Shown here: positions 38,662 to 48,173 of the stretch, piece after piece
Numbering within the stretch: the first letter of the stretch is position 1
Layout: every line of letters begins with the position of its first letter
Assembly (NCBI GenBank): GCA_037138855.1
Contig: JBAXHO010000001.1
Location: 6,105-70,104 of the forward strand
Length of the DNA stretch: 64,000 nucleotides
Direction of reading: 5' to 3'
DNA from: a bacterium
Lineage (GTDB): Bacteria; Patescibacteriota; Dojkabacteria; B142; OLB20
Notes under the pieces: model-generated
The model's database searches: none
Told to the model about the DNA's origin: nothing
What the model saw: the letters and a program-made list of their open reading frames with translations, nothing else
Position numbers and translations under genes: made by a program

Positions 38662-38928
38662 ATGCGGACAATTATTAAGGATAAATTTGATGGCGAAAGG
38701 CCTTCTTTACATCCATTAGCTATGCATATTGCTGGAGAATTATTGCAAGGTTTGCAATTAGGACCCACAACGGTTGCTAATAATCCAAAAAGTTTTCTTC
38801 GAGGAGTAGATAGATTTTATGTAGCAGATCTACCTGGTAGTATTTTAGGGGGCAATACAAGTATGATACAAGATGTCTTGGATATCAGTAATAAAGTTAA
38901 TCAAAGATCTTTTAATAATGTAATTTAA
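38662..38928 (+). CDS. Hypothetical protein or gene fragment
   Basis: 88-aa ORF in a degraded region. Confidence 0.35.
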   Translation: MRTIIKDKFDGERPSLHPLAMHIAGELLQGLQLGPTTVANNPKSFLRGVDRFYVADLPGSILGGNTSMIQDVLDISNKVNQRSFNNVI

Positions 38929-39053
38929 CTTGTAATCCCAAAAGAGAATATTCGTTTCAGAAAGATAAATTTTTTCGAAAGATTATTGCAAAGATTTAAA
39001 ATCTCATCCTAACTTTTCCATTTCCACAAATGCCTTCTGTAAAGCAGAATGGA

Positions 39054-39623
39054 CTATTTGGATTGAATTTTTAAAGTGAAATTGGTATCCAAAAGTAGCC
39101 TGCCTGGGAATCTGTCAAGCAATGATAAAGTTGCTTTTTGCTCTTTGCTTAAAAAAGAAATTAGAAAATAAGTGTTGCTCCCACTTGGTATATGCCCAGT
39201 AATAATTTCAGTATCTGCTTCTTTCTGTCGTTTAGTAATCCAAGATTTATCAACAGCGAAGATATTTTGGATGGTAAAGATGTTGATGAATAGATTGATA
39301 ATACCGACGAAAATGCCACCCATTATAGCAATCCCATAGAAGATAATGGGATAATTGAACTTGAAAACTAGTTGTATTATAAAAAGAAAGGCAGTCAACC
39401 ATATTGGGCCGACTAACATGGAGATAAATGATTGTAATATCACAGGTACTCGTTTATCAAAATATAGCTTTTTATCCGTTTCTACCATTGGAAGTGGTTT
39501 TAAATGAAAATATTTTCCAAAACTTAAACCTGATTTCCAAGTATCTATTAGTTTGATATTTGATTTGTTGATGATGGATTCTTCAGGAAAGAATCTCTGA
39601 ATAATGGTCGTCAGTTGTTGCAT
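39054..39623 (-). CDS. Hypothetical membrane protein (2 TM)
   Basis: 189-aa ORF with two hydrophobic helices. Confidence 0.7.
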   Translation of the reverse strand: MQQLTTIIQRFFPEESIINKSNIKLIDTWKSGLSFGKYFHLKPLPMVETDKKLYFDKRVPVILQSFISMLVGPIWLTAFLFIIQLVFKFNYPIIFYGIAIMGGIFVGIINLFINIFTIQNIFAVDKSWITKRQKEADTEIITGHIPSGSNTYFLISFLSKEQKATLSLLDRFPGRLLLDTNFTLKIQSK

Positions 39624-39712
39624 ATATTCATTATAATTGATGGTTATTATACTCTATATAATGATGAATGTAAGGGTTTTGCAGTATAATAATCTTGGAT
39701 ATTTAAATATTT

Positions 39713-40219
39713 ATGGAAAGAATTAGAATATATCAAGACAGAGATAAAGAAGCAGTATTAGATTTTATTCATGGTGTTATTCGTAATGAATTTCCTGAAG
39801 TTGGAATTAAAAAGCAGATTAATAGTTTTAAAGATTTTTTTGTAAAGTCTTTTAACCTTAAAATAGCTTTTTTATCAGATTTATATGAAGTACAAAAAGA
39901 ATATTTTGCTAAGAATGGCGTTTTTTATATTGCCGAGCAGGATGGTAAGATAATTGGCACGATTGCTTTAAAATATGATCAACCAAAAATAGCACGTTTG
40001 AAGAGACTATTTGTGGCTAAGCAATACAGAGGTCAAGGTTTAGCACAAACTCTTTTCGATAAAGTATTATTCTTTGCTAGACAAAATCATTATGAAAAAA
40101 TTGTGCTTTCTACATTACCAGTGATGAAACAAGCGCAAAAATTTTATCAGAAAAATGGTTTTATCGTGATGAGCAGAGATGAGAAAGTTCATATGGAAAA
40201 AATATTAATCAAGACTTGA
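39713..40219 (+). CDS. GNAT acetyltransferase
   Basis: LKRLFVAKQYRGQGLA, AQKFYQKNGF. Confidence 0.9.
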   Translation: MERIRIYQDRDKEAVLDFIHGVIRNEFPEVGIKKQINSFKDFFVKSFNLKIAFLSDLYEVQKEYFAKNGVFYIAEQDGKIIGTIALKYDQPKIARLKRLFVAKQYRGQGLAQTLFDKVLFFARQNHYEKIVLSTLPVMKQAQKFYQKNGFIVMSRDEKVHMEKILIKT

Positions 40220-40263
40220 TAATTCTTATTTTACCTTCTTTTTACAGTCGTTTATCCTGAAAA

Positions 40264-40911
40264 ATGAAAAAAAACCAACAAAAGTACAGTAAAAATCTAG
40301 CAGCATTCAAATCATTTCCTCTTCTTTTGCTAATTGGAGTAGGATTGCTATTTATTTGTTTAGGGTGTTGTTTGAGCTGTGTTTTAATCAGTATTGTCTT
40401 ACCAGATGCGGCTGTAAATCCTGAAAGATCGATTTTGACAACAACACCTACTGCTAATTTTATTCCAACAGATACTGAAGTTCCAAAGTTATTTTATAAA
40501 GTGACTAAGATTATTGATGGAGATACAATAACAGTGGAAACTCTTGGAAAGATTAGATTAATCGGCATTGATTCACCAGAGTCTACGAATGCCCAGGAAT
40601 GTTTTGGAAATGAAGCTAAGATTAAAATTACTGAATTAATAAATGGCCAGAATGTTTTTATTGAACTTGATCCAACACAAGGAGAAAAAGATAAGTATGA
40701 TCGTACTTTGGCGTATGTATTTGTAGCAGGGGTAGAAGAATCAATAAATTTTCAAATGATTCAAACTGGTTATGCCTTTGAATACACTTATAATAAGCCT
40801 TATAAATATCAAGAGTCTTTTCAGAAAGCTGAGGAAGAGGCGAAGAATGAAAAAACAGGGTTGTGGGCAACGATTACGTGTAATTGTCTTTATTCCATAT
40901 TGTTGATATGA
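40264..40911 (+). CDS. Membrane-anchored thermonuclease (SNase-like)
   Basis: IIDGDT, IRLIGIDSPE, DKYDRTLAYV, GLW. Confidence 0.92.
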   Translation: MKKNQQKYSKNLAAFKSFPLLLLIGVGLLFICLGCCLSCVLISIVLPDAAVNPERSILTTTPTANFIPTDTEVPKLFYKVTKIIDGDTITVETLGKIRLIGIDSPESTNAQECFGNEAKIKITELINGQNVFIELDPTQGEKDKYDRTLAYVFVAGVEESINFQMIQTGYAFEYTYNKPYKYQESFQKAEEEAKNEKTGLWATITCNCLYSILLI

Positions 40912-40958
40912 TGCTTTTAAGTCTTTAATTCACTAGTGCTCCGCGCCATTTATTAATT

Positions 40959-41402
40959 ATGGATATTTTATATTTTCTTCTTGTTTGGGTGGTGTTTGGT
41001 TTTGTATTTGAAATGATAGCTGGCTGGAAACAAATATCAAATGAAGATATCAATATATTAAAACAACTGACTCCAATTTATATCAAACACTTTAGTAGTA
41101 TTTGGATTAATTGGATAGGTTATCGAGGGTGTATTGTGGTGAAATTTTATCCTCAGGGCATATTTCTCAAACCATATTTGATTTTTACTGTATTGAATAA
41201 AGGTATATTCTTAAGTTATAAGAAGATGATTTTTGATGCTCCAGATAGTAGTTTCCTGAATTTTTTTCATCCCAAAACAAGCATTACATATAATGGTAGA
41301 GTTTTATACCTGGATTCAGCCTCGTGGGAAATGGTAAAAAAAGAGTATGATCAGTTCAAAACAAAGTTGATTAATACAGCAACGCAGTCAAATTTATCAT
41401 GA
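40959..41402 (+). CDS. Hypothetical membrane protein
   Basis: 147-aa ORF with an N-terminal TM helix. Confidence 0.65.
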   Translation: MDILYFLLVWVVFGFVFEMIAGWKQISNEDINILKQLTPIYIKHFSSIWINWIGYRGCIVVKFYPQGIFLKPYLIFTVLNKGIFLSYKKMIFDAPDSSFLNFFHPKTSITYNGRVLYLDSASWEMVKKEYDQFKTKLINTATQSNLS

Positions 41403-41723
41403 ATTACGACTTATTAATCACGAAACGAGCTAAGTTTGATCTTGGGCAATCATCCCAACCAATGTCTCTCTTAGATTTACAGTAATCAAATCATTTTGAG
41501 ACGATTCGGCAAGTTTTTTGAGACGATATTAATGAAATTTACATATTTCCCAATTGTTAAGAGAAGAAAGTGCAGATTATAAAAAAGAAGAACCGAAGGA
41601 ATAATCGATTTGAGATTGGGATTCTAATACTTTCAGCTAAATTTAATGGCTGTCAAATACGAGAAGCTAATTGATATTTGCACAAACACCAATTTTATTG
41701 GACTGATAAGATCTTTATTTTTA

Positions 41724-43211
41724 TTAGTACCTCACACTCTTCAAAACCTCCGCAGCTTCCTGAGCAACTATGGTATCTGGAGTGCAATCCTGAGAAATGG
41801 GCTTGAAGTTTAGATCAGTTTTACCAAAACCGGAAGATTCAAAATCAATAGTGTATTTATTGTTGACTAAATAGACATAGGACTCAAATAAAGTTGAAAT
41901 ATAATATGTTGGCTTATCATAATTATCTGGTTCGCCTTCTCCTGACTGGAAATATTGAAATTTTTGCTGAGAATTATTAATTGCAAATGTTTTATCCAAT
42001 TTGGGGTCGGCAATAGTTCCAGGCCAGTAACCTTTTTTTAATTGGGTAAAATCAGTATCTCTCATATCGAAGAAAATTTCGTAAGAGCCAAGTACTTTAC
42101 CTTGTGTACAGTTTTCCCCAACTGGTGATCTGAAAACAATAGTTTTCGGATCGATACTTGTATCTAGAACCCAAGTTGGTGGATATTTCAGACTAAATGG
42201 AAAAGCATTATTGGTGTATGATTGCCAATTAGAGGTATCTATTCCTGCTGTCGGACTGACAACTGTATTAGTCGGAGTAGCTGTCAAGTCAGTTGGTATT
42301 ATTGAAGAAGGAGTAAGAGTAATTGTAGGTGAAATTATGGCTTTGGGTGTAGATTTTTCATTTTTAACTGTAATAAAGGCGATAGAGGCAGTGGCAACAG
42401 CGATAACTGGAAGAATGATCACTGCCAATTTAACAGCAATTGCAGTAGCTTTGGCAGTGGTAACTGCAGTACTTAGATGATTTGCAGAAATAGTTTTCGG
42501 ATTCATTTTTGTTAATGTGCTAAATTGAAAATTATTAAGTTTGGTAATTACCAAATCTGATAAAGTTGTTAAAAAAGTTGGATCGGGAGCTAAAGTTAAA
42601 GCTGATTTTAATTGTTTGATCCCGATTAAGATTAAGAGAGGATTGATACTGTAAAATTTCTTGTAGTCTTTTTTCGCAAGCATATTTTGTAAACTTTTCA
42701 CCCCACGATGGAACTTGCTGATAGCTGTTGACTGATTTACATTTAAAAATTCCGCAATTTCTTTAAATTTCATATCTTCCCAGATTTTCAAAGTAATAAT
42801 TTCTCGAGATTCTGGATCCAGTTGAAATATCAGTTCTTTCAGTAACTTTTGTTGTTCTGTATCAACTGCTTGTTCTTCGAGTGGTTTTTCGTCAAGGTCT
42901 ACCAGATATTCTTCCTGAAGATCGGTTTCGACACTTAAGTCATTTTTTGTGACAATATTTTGATAAATAAGATTACGGGCAATTTGTAAAAACCAATATT
43001 TAATGGAAATACCACGCCATTCGAAAGTAGAGATTTTTTCGAGGGCAACTAGAAAAGTCTTGGAAGTCAGATCTTCTGCTTGTTCTTTGTTACCACTGAC
43101 TGAATATGTGTAGCGATAGATGTCTTTGGTAAAATTCTGATAAAGCTCACTAAACGCAGTCTTATTAGTGCGACATTCTGCAATTAACTTTTGTTCTTGT
43201 TCGAGTTGCAT
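41724..43211 (-). CDS. ECF sigma factor fused to a TM helix, Thr/Pro linker and extracytoplasmic (PsbP-like) domain
   Basis: AEDLTSKTF, WFLQIARN, region 4 MKFKEIAE; hydrophobic helix; WQSYTNNAFPFSLKYPPTW. Confidence 0.85.
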   Translation of the reverse strand: MQLEQEQKLIAECRTNKTAFSELYQNFTKDIYRYTYSVSGNKEQAEDLTSKTFLVALEKISTFEWRGISIKYWFLQIARNLIYQNIVTKNDLSVETDLQEEYLVDLDEKPLEEQAVDTEQQKLLKELIFQLDPESREIITLKIWEDMKFKEIAEFLNVNQSTAISKFHRGVKSLQNMLAKKDYKKFYSINPLLILIGIKQLKSALTLAPDPTFLTTLSDLVITKLNNFQFSTLTKMNPKTISANHLSTAVTTAKATAIAVKLAVIILPVIAVATASIAFITVKNEKSTPKAIISPTITLTPSSIIPTDLTATPTNTVVSPTAGIDTSNWQSYTNNAFPFSLKYPPTWVLDTSIDPKTIVFRSPVGENCTQGKVLGSYEIFFDMRDTDFTQLKKGYWPGTIADPKLDKTFAINNSQQKFQYFQSGEGEPDNYDKPTYYISTLFESYVYLVNNKYTIDFESSGFGKTDLNFKPISQDCTPDTIVAQEAAEVLKSVRY

Positions 43212-43292
43212 GATTGGTAAATAACTAGTTATATAATCCGATATTTTATATACGAGTACAACTTAATTTAAGTGATTACTGTCTTTTAAATG

Positions 43293-43320
43293 AATGAGGT
43301 GGAAATTTATCCACCTCATT
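43293..43320 (-). terminator. Hairpin, probable terminator of the 43342-43716 gene
   Basis: AATGAGGTGGA/TCCACCTCATT 11-bp stem. Confidence 0.6.
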
Positions 43321-43341
43321 GTGATTCATATATTTTGGTTT

Positions 43342-43716
43342 TTAAAATTTGGCACAAACGACGCAGGTAGTTACCTGAATTGAGCTGGCAGATTTATTAT
43401 TCCAAACACACTTCATACCAGGCTGTTCATAAGTAAGATTTTGTGGAGAACAACCAAGTTGAAAAATATTATCGATGCCACCAGTGTGGTAGCTATAGAC
43501 TGAAATTACTTTTTTACCTGTGGAACAATATGAAGCGATGGTATTCCAGCTATTGGGATGCACATAAGTAGGATTGGAGCAAATTGTTTCATAATTGCTT
43601 GTAACTGGGATAGATGGTAGTGGCATTTGAGTAGCTGCCTTGCTGGGTCTCAAATATACTGCGCTGATAACTAAGATAACTGCTGTTGCACTCACGACGA
43701 GAAGTTTTTTATACAT
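43342..43716 (-). CDS. Secreted Cys-rich hypothetical protein
   Basis: Signal/TM helix, 6 Cys. Confidence 0.75.
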   Translation of the reverse strand: MYKKLLVVSATAVILVISAVYLRPSKAATQMPLPSIPVTSNYETICSNPTYVHPNSWNTIASYCSTGKKVISVYSYHTGGIDNIFQLGCSPQNLTYEQPGMKCVWNNKSASSIQVTTCVVCAKF

Positions 43717-43939
43717 GGAGATTTAAATAAAAAGTAAAATAGTAGAGCTTTCTCAGGCTCTATATATATAAACCAGAAATATCAGGAAATTGTTGCAAGA
43801 AAATCGAGGAAATGAATATTAGGTTAAATTAAAGATCAAATTTTGGTCGATCAACAATTTATTATAATCCTACTAATGAATCTAACTTCATTTTCATTTT
43901 AATCTGGGTTATACTTAATCAATTATTATCCATACCCCC

Positions 43940-44686
43940 ATGACACAACCTGCATCCATCTTAAAAAACAAAGTAGCCCTTGCAGTAGTTGCTGTACTTG
44001 GAGTTTGCTTAGTCAGTGCTTGCTGTATTGTAATTTTTATCATCGCTTTTGGTAACAAGAACTCCTCATCTGATGGATCAACTGGTTCTACTACAAGCAA
44101 AAAGAAACTCAGCATTTCAGAATGTCAAAGTAATGCTGCTAAGTTTGATAAAAAAGTGCTAAAAATTAGTGGTAATGGCATTCAGGGAACTGTCGCACTT
44201 ACTGCCAATGTCTCAGAGTGCCGAATTGAAGCACAATATCATTTACTTTTTCCAGCAGGCTTACCCCAAAATCCTTATAATAGTTATTTTAATCAATATA
44301 ATTACATTGCCTTAATTCACAAAACTTCAGAAAGGGAACGTCAGAATAGTTATGGAATTGGGGTGATTTTTGCTGCCTATCGAAACAAAGCACTTTTGCC
44401 AATTGACTCATTTGCATCAATGCTAAATGGATTTTATGCTGAAGGTGCAGAAGCCAATCAGCTTGGTGCTACAGAGACTTTTTATGCCATACCTGAACGC
44501 TGGTTTGAACTGTCTGATAAAGGTTATGCTGATATGTTATCAGATACAGTTTTTGAATTAATTGACAGTAAGCCATATATTATTGAAGAAAAAATCGGAA
44601 ATGCTTCAACATACACTACCGATACCGCCAAAGCAGAAAAGCAAGGGACGATTGTCAAAACTTATAATTGGCAGTATCAGGAATAG
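43940..44686 (+). CDS. Membrane-anchored hypothetical protein with a Cys cluster in the anchor
   Basis: GVCLVSACCIV helix followed by a Ser/Thr linker. Confidence 0.8.
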   Translation: MTQPASILKNKVALAVVAVLGVCLVSACCIVIFIIAFGNKNSSSDGSTGSTTSKKKLSISECQSNAAKFDKKVLKISGNGIQGTVALTANVSECRIEAQYHLLFPAGLPQNPYNSYFNQYNYIALIHKTSERERQNSYGIGVIFAAYRNKALLPIDSFASMLNGFYAEGAEANQLGATETFYAIPERWFELSDKGYADMLSDTVFELIDSKPYIIEEKIGNASTYTTDTAKAEKQGTIVKTYNWQYQE

Positions 44687-44694
44687 AGTATTTT

Positions 44695-44949
44695 CTAATA
44701 ATGAAAGCGACAGGAAATGACAGTTATCTGATCAGTCCGATTACTGTAAATCAGTCTATGTTCGTGGGTGATTCTTCGTGAATAGTAGCCAGCAAGATTG
44801 CCAACCAATTTTTCTGGTTTACCAATACCGGTAAGGGGACTTTGTTCAATTTCTCTGAGAAGAAACTTTATCCGTAAAAAAATTCTATTGTCCTTTTTCT
44901 TCCAGTAAAATAGATCTTTTGCAGCTAGTTTAGTAAAAGTGATTATCAT
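44695..44949 (-). CDS. yoeB: Txe/YoeB toxin
   Basis: GIGKPEKL..NLAGYYSRRITHEHRLIY...SCRFHY. Confidence 0.95.
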   Translation of the reverse strand: MIITFTKLAAKDLFYWKKKDNRIFLRIKFLLREIEQSPLTGIGKPEKLVGNLAGYYSRRITHEHRLIYSNRTDQITVISCRFHY

Positions 44950-45203
44950 AAATTATCCAGATCAATAGCTACAACATTTCCTAATTTTACATCTTTAATG
45001 GAATCTTTGAGATGTTTGGCATTATTTGGATTGGAAAGCAGATAAAGGGTTTCTGCCATTGCCGAATATTGGTCAGCAGCAAGTACCACTACATCATCAC
45101 CATGTCGTCTGGAGATAGTAGTAACTGTTTTATTATTGGCAACATCATCTAAAGTCGCTTTGAGATTTTGTCTTGCTTGAGTATAAGAAATTTTGTTATC
45201 CAT
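44946..45203 (-). CDS. yefM: Phd/YefM antitoxin
   Basis: SYTQARQNL...ETLYLLSNPNNA; 4-nt overlap with the toxin. Confidence 0.95.
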   Translation of the reverse strand: MDNKISYTQARQNLKATLDDVANNKTVTTISRRHGDDVVVLAADQYSAMAETLYLLSNPNNAKHLKDSIKDVKLGNVVAIDLDNL

Positions 45204-45220
45204 GGATTAAAATTTATTAA

Positions 45221-45259
45221 GTACAGAATTACTGTACAATTGAATAATTGATTTGTCAA
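45221..45259 (-). promoter_or_regulatory. yefM-yoeB promoter and operator
   Basis: TTGACA-17 nt-TACAGT on the minus strand; palindrome GTACAG-AATTA-CTGTAC (45221-37). Confidence 0.7.
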
Positions 45260-45448
45260 TCTGATAAATTTAAAAAATCTATAGACCTTTCATTTTAAAT
45301 CTGCTGAAGTTAATTTCGAATATGCACACCAGATTTAAAATTTCAGGCTATTATAGCCACAATTATTAGTTATAAGTTCTAGTTTTTGACATAATTCCTA
45401 ATATCTGTTAAACAATTATTACCATATTTTATTTTTTAAAATTTCAAA

Positions 45449-45901
45449 ATGTTTGGATTTAAAAGACCAAATACTGATGATCCTCAAGCTGCCATTGATC
45501 AGGCAAACAAGACAATGAATAGCGGGATTACAGGTGGACTTACCAAAATGTTTATGGGTAAGGATTTTGTCAATAAGGCAAATGATGGTTTGGCTACAGC
45601 CCAAAGTGCGATGGATGATGCCAAAGAAATGCAGGAATTGATGGTTTCAGGAGTTGATGCGAAAGCATTGGTTAAAACACTTGCTGATACTGGAAAGTTG
45701 ATTAATTTTAATCCAGTACTTCAAATGAAACTGGAAGTTAATCCAGGTACTCCAGAAGCTTATGAATTGGATGTGGAAAAAATGGTATCGAAAATTATGA
45801 TCCCAAGAATTGGTGATACATTGATGCTTAAAGTGTCTCCCACTGACAAGCAGAAAATTGCGATTATGGGAATTATGCCACCTACACCTGTAGCAGCTTA
45901 A
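45449..45901 (+). CDS. Hypothetical protein
   Basis: 150-aa ORF (DTGKLINFNP...IPRIGD) followed by a terminator. Confidence 0.8.
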   Translation: MFGFKRPNTDDPQAAIDQANKTMNSGITGGLTKMFMGKDFVNKANDGLATAQSAMDDAKEMQELMVSGVDAKALVKTLADTGKLINFNPVLQMKLEVNPGTPEAYELDVEKMVSKIMIPRIGDTLMLKVSPTDKQKIAIMGIMPPTPVAA

Positions 45902-45921
45902 TCTGTCTAAATCATAAATTT

Positions 45922-45952
45922 AAAGAGCGGATCGCATGATTCGCTCTTTTTT
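45922..45952 (+). terminator. Intrinsic terminator between convergent genes
   Basis: AAAGAGCGGATC-loop-GATTCGCTCTTTTTT. Confidence 0.8.
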
Positions 45953-45971
45953 GATTTTATTAATATTAACT

Positions 45972-46340
45972 TTAAGCAAGGAGCTTCTTAGCCTGAATAA
46001 TATCTGTGGAAATTTGTTGTTGCAGTTCCTGAAAGTTGGCAAAATCTTTTGGTGCTCTAATGAATCCTACAAGTCTGAATGCGATATTTTCGCCGTAAAC
46101 TTCAGAGATTTGGGCGAGTAAATGAATTTCACAAATCGTTTTTGTTTCACCGAGGATATATCGGGGACCAAGGTATAATACTCCAGGATAAATTTGTCCG
46201 GAGAGAGTAACTCTCACAGCATAAACACCTGGTTTAAAGTCAAAATCAACTTTGGTAAGATTCAGTGTCGGAAAGCCAATTGTCCGGCCGAGTTTATTGC
46301 CATGAATAATTTTGCTGTGAAAAATAGTATCAGGTATCAT
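45972..46340 (-). CDS. Stand-alone riboflavin kinase (C-terminal domain of RibF)
   Basis: HGNKLGRTIGFPTLN, GVYA, EIHLL, YGE, FIR. Confidence 0.9.
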   Translation of the reverse strand: MIPDTIFHSKIIHGNKLGRTIGFPTLNLTKVDFDFKPGVYAVRVTLSGQIYPGVLYLGPRYILGETKTICEIHLLAQISEVYGENIAFRLVGFIRAPKDFANFQELQQQISTDIIQAKKLLA

Positions 46341-46558
46341 GTATCAAGTAGTAAAAATAGTAGCTGGTAGCTTGTAGCTCGTAGCTGAGAAAATCAGATT
46401 TCAGATTCCGGATCCCAGCTTTCATTTTTCCTAGATTCTTATCTTTTAACTTTTAACTAGTAGCTTCTAACTTTTCCCTCTTTTTCTTACCCAAATTGCA
46501 ATTTGCAAATTCCAAATTTCAAATTTCACTCTCATTCTGATTCCAGATTCCATTTTAT

Positions 46559-47464
46559 TCACCGTCTTCCGATTTTTACTACCTGAAAAATGCCAAAAAT
46601 TAAAATTATCATGCCAATGATTTGCGTGAGTGAGTAGGATTCGTGAAAATAAAAAATTCCAATGAGAAATGCTGACGCTGGCCAGGCAAGCTCGGCAATG
46701 GTGCTGATCCGGGCTGGCGTGTGACGCAGTCCGTAATAGTAGATTCCGGTTCCTACAGCTCCAGCCGAAAGCGTGACTATGAGAAGAGAAATAATTTGAG
46801 TTGGAGTGATCGCCATACCTGCGACTTGTCCGCCCTGGAAAAAATAAATAATTAAACTGGTGATTGCTGCAATAACGAAGCGGAGAAAAAGTACTTCCAG
46901 AAAGCCAGCTTCTTTGAGTAGAATTTTGGAAGTAGAAGTGGAGGCACCCCAGATCACACCAGCGAGGAGTGCATAAATTGCTGCAATGATCGTCTGGGAA
47001 TTATTTTGCCAGTTGATGCTGAGGTCTTTGAAACTAACGAGAAATGCTCCGATCATCGCGAGAATAGCCCAAGGGAGAAAGCGTTTGGAGATTTTTTCCT
47101 GTAAGAGAAAATAAGCAGCAGTGATTGCCCAGATTGGTTGCAATTGCTGCATCAAGACGACTGCTGAAAAGGGAATAAAATTAACTTTGGCAAGTGCTGC
47201 CGTATAGAGAATAGTTGCTACAGCACCGGAAAGTACTCCAGTGACAACTAAGGCCAGCCATTCAGCTTTGGTAAACTTTTTTAAGCTACGTTTTACTGCT
47301 GGTACAAGTGGCAGCATGAAAATCAAGCCTAAACTGTGCTCCCAGAAAACAATAAGTGGTGCTGGTAGAACATATAAACTACGACGTACAATCGCATCCA
47401 GACTCCATAAAATGGCAGCAATAATGATGAAGATGACTGGGTATTTAAATCTGGCTTTTGGCAT
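46559..47464 (-). CDS. EamA/DMT family transporter
   Basis: About 10 TM helices in two repeats, QQLQP, ELAWP. Confidence 0.9.
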   Translation of the reverse strand: MPKARFKYPVIFIIIAAILWSLDAIVRRSLYVLPAPLIVFWEHSLGLIFMLPLVPAVKRSLKKFTKAEWLALVVTGVLSGAVATILYTAALAKVNFIPFSAVVLMQQLQPIWAITAAYFLLQEKISKRFLPWAILAMIGAFLVSFKDLSINWQNNSQTIIAAIYALLAGVIWGASTSTSKILLKEAGFLEVLFLRFVIAAITSLIIYFFQGGQVAGMAITPTQIISLLIVTLSAGAVGTGIYYYGLRHTPARISTIAELAWPASAFLIGIFYFHESYSLTQIIGMIILIFGIFQVVKIGRR

Positions 47465-47579
47465 GAAATGAAATTTTAATTTGGATGCGCTGATTTTACC
47501 ATAAGTTTAAAGTGAATTATTTTAAAAGGATGACGGATTGATAAATTTAATTAAAGAAAATATTTATTTGAGGAGAATG

Positions 47580-48149
47580 TTAATTTTTCTCTAAATAATA
47601 CAAAATATGTAAGAATTTTACTCCAAGATTCTGGTCAAAATATTGTTCACTTTGTTTAACAGCGAAATTTTTGCTTTGAAAGAGTTTTCGCCACTCGCAA
47701 TCTGAGCGATAAGATTGCCAGTTTGCTCGAAACTGAAGATTAGCTAAGGTATCAGCCAGTACAGTTATAAATTTGTGAAAGGGATTTAAAAATGAAGTTT
47801 CAATGATCAGTAAGTTCTTAGCCACTCTGGCTGCTTCGTGAAATACAATTTCCGGATCTGGTGTATGATGCATGACCATAAGGAGCATCGCGGTTTCAAA
47901 TTGTTGATCAGCAAAGGGCAGGTGGCTTCCGTCATAAATTATTGGTTCGCTGAGTCGTGGTCCATGAAAGCTGGCTACATCTACTGGAGTCACAGCAAAG
48001 CCCTGATTTCTTAGTGCGAGAGTAATAGCTCCAGGTCCAGAGCCAATATCGAGAATTTTACCAGATTGGGGAAGATAAGGGAGAATTCTTTTTACAAATA
48101 ATGCCGTTCGTTTATCATTAAACTTCTGAAGTAATTTTGTTGGGATCAT
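47580..48149 (-). CDS. Class I SAM-dependent methyltransferase
   Basis: ILDIGSGPG, YDGSHLPF, VMHHTPDP. Confidence 0.9.
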   Translation of the reverse strand: MIPTKLLQKFNDKRTALFVKRILPYLPQSGKILDIGSGPGAITLALRNQGFAVTPVDVASFHGPRLSEPIIYDGSHLPFADQQFETAMLLMVMHHTPDPEIVFHEAARVAKNLLIIETSFLNPFHKFITVLADTLANLQFRANWQSYRSDCEWRKLFQSKNFAVKQSEQYFDQNLGVKFLHILYYLEKN

Positions 48150-48173
48150 CGGTCGTCTTAATATCGTATTGTA

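Noticed and set aside
36114-45203. Prophage or intact integron
   Set aside because: No integrase or phage structural genes, mixed gene orientations, and only one doubtful attC-like site.
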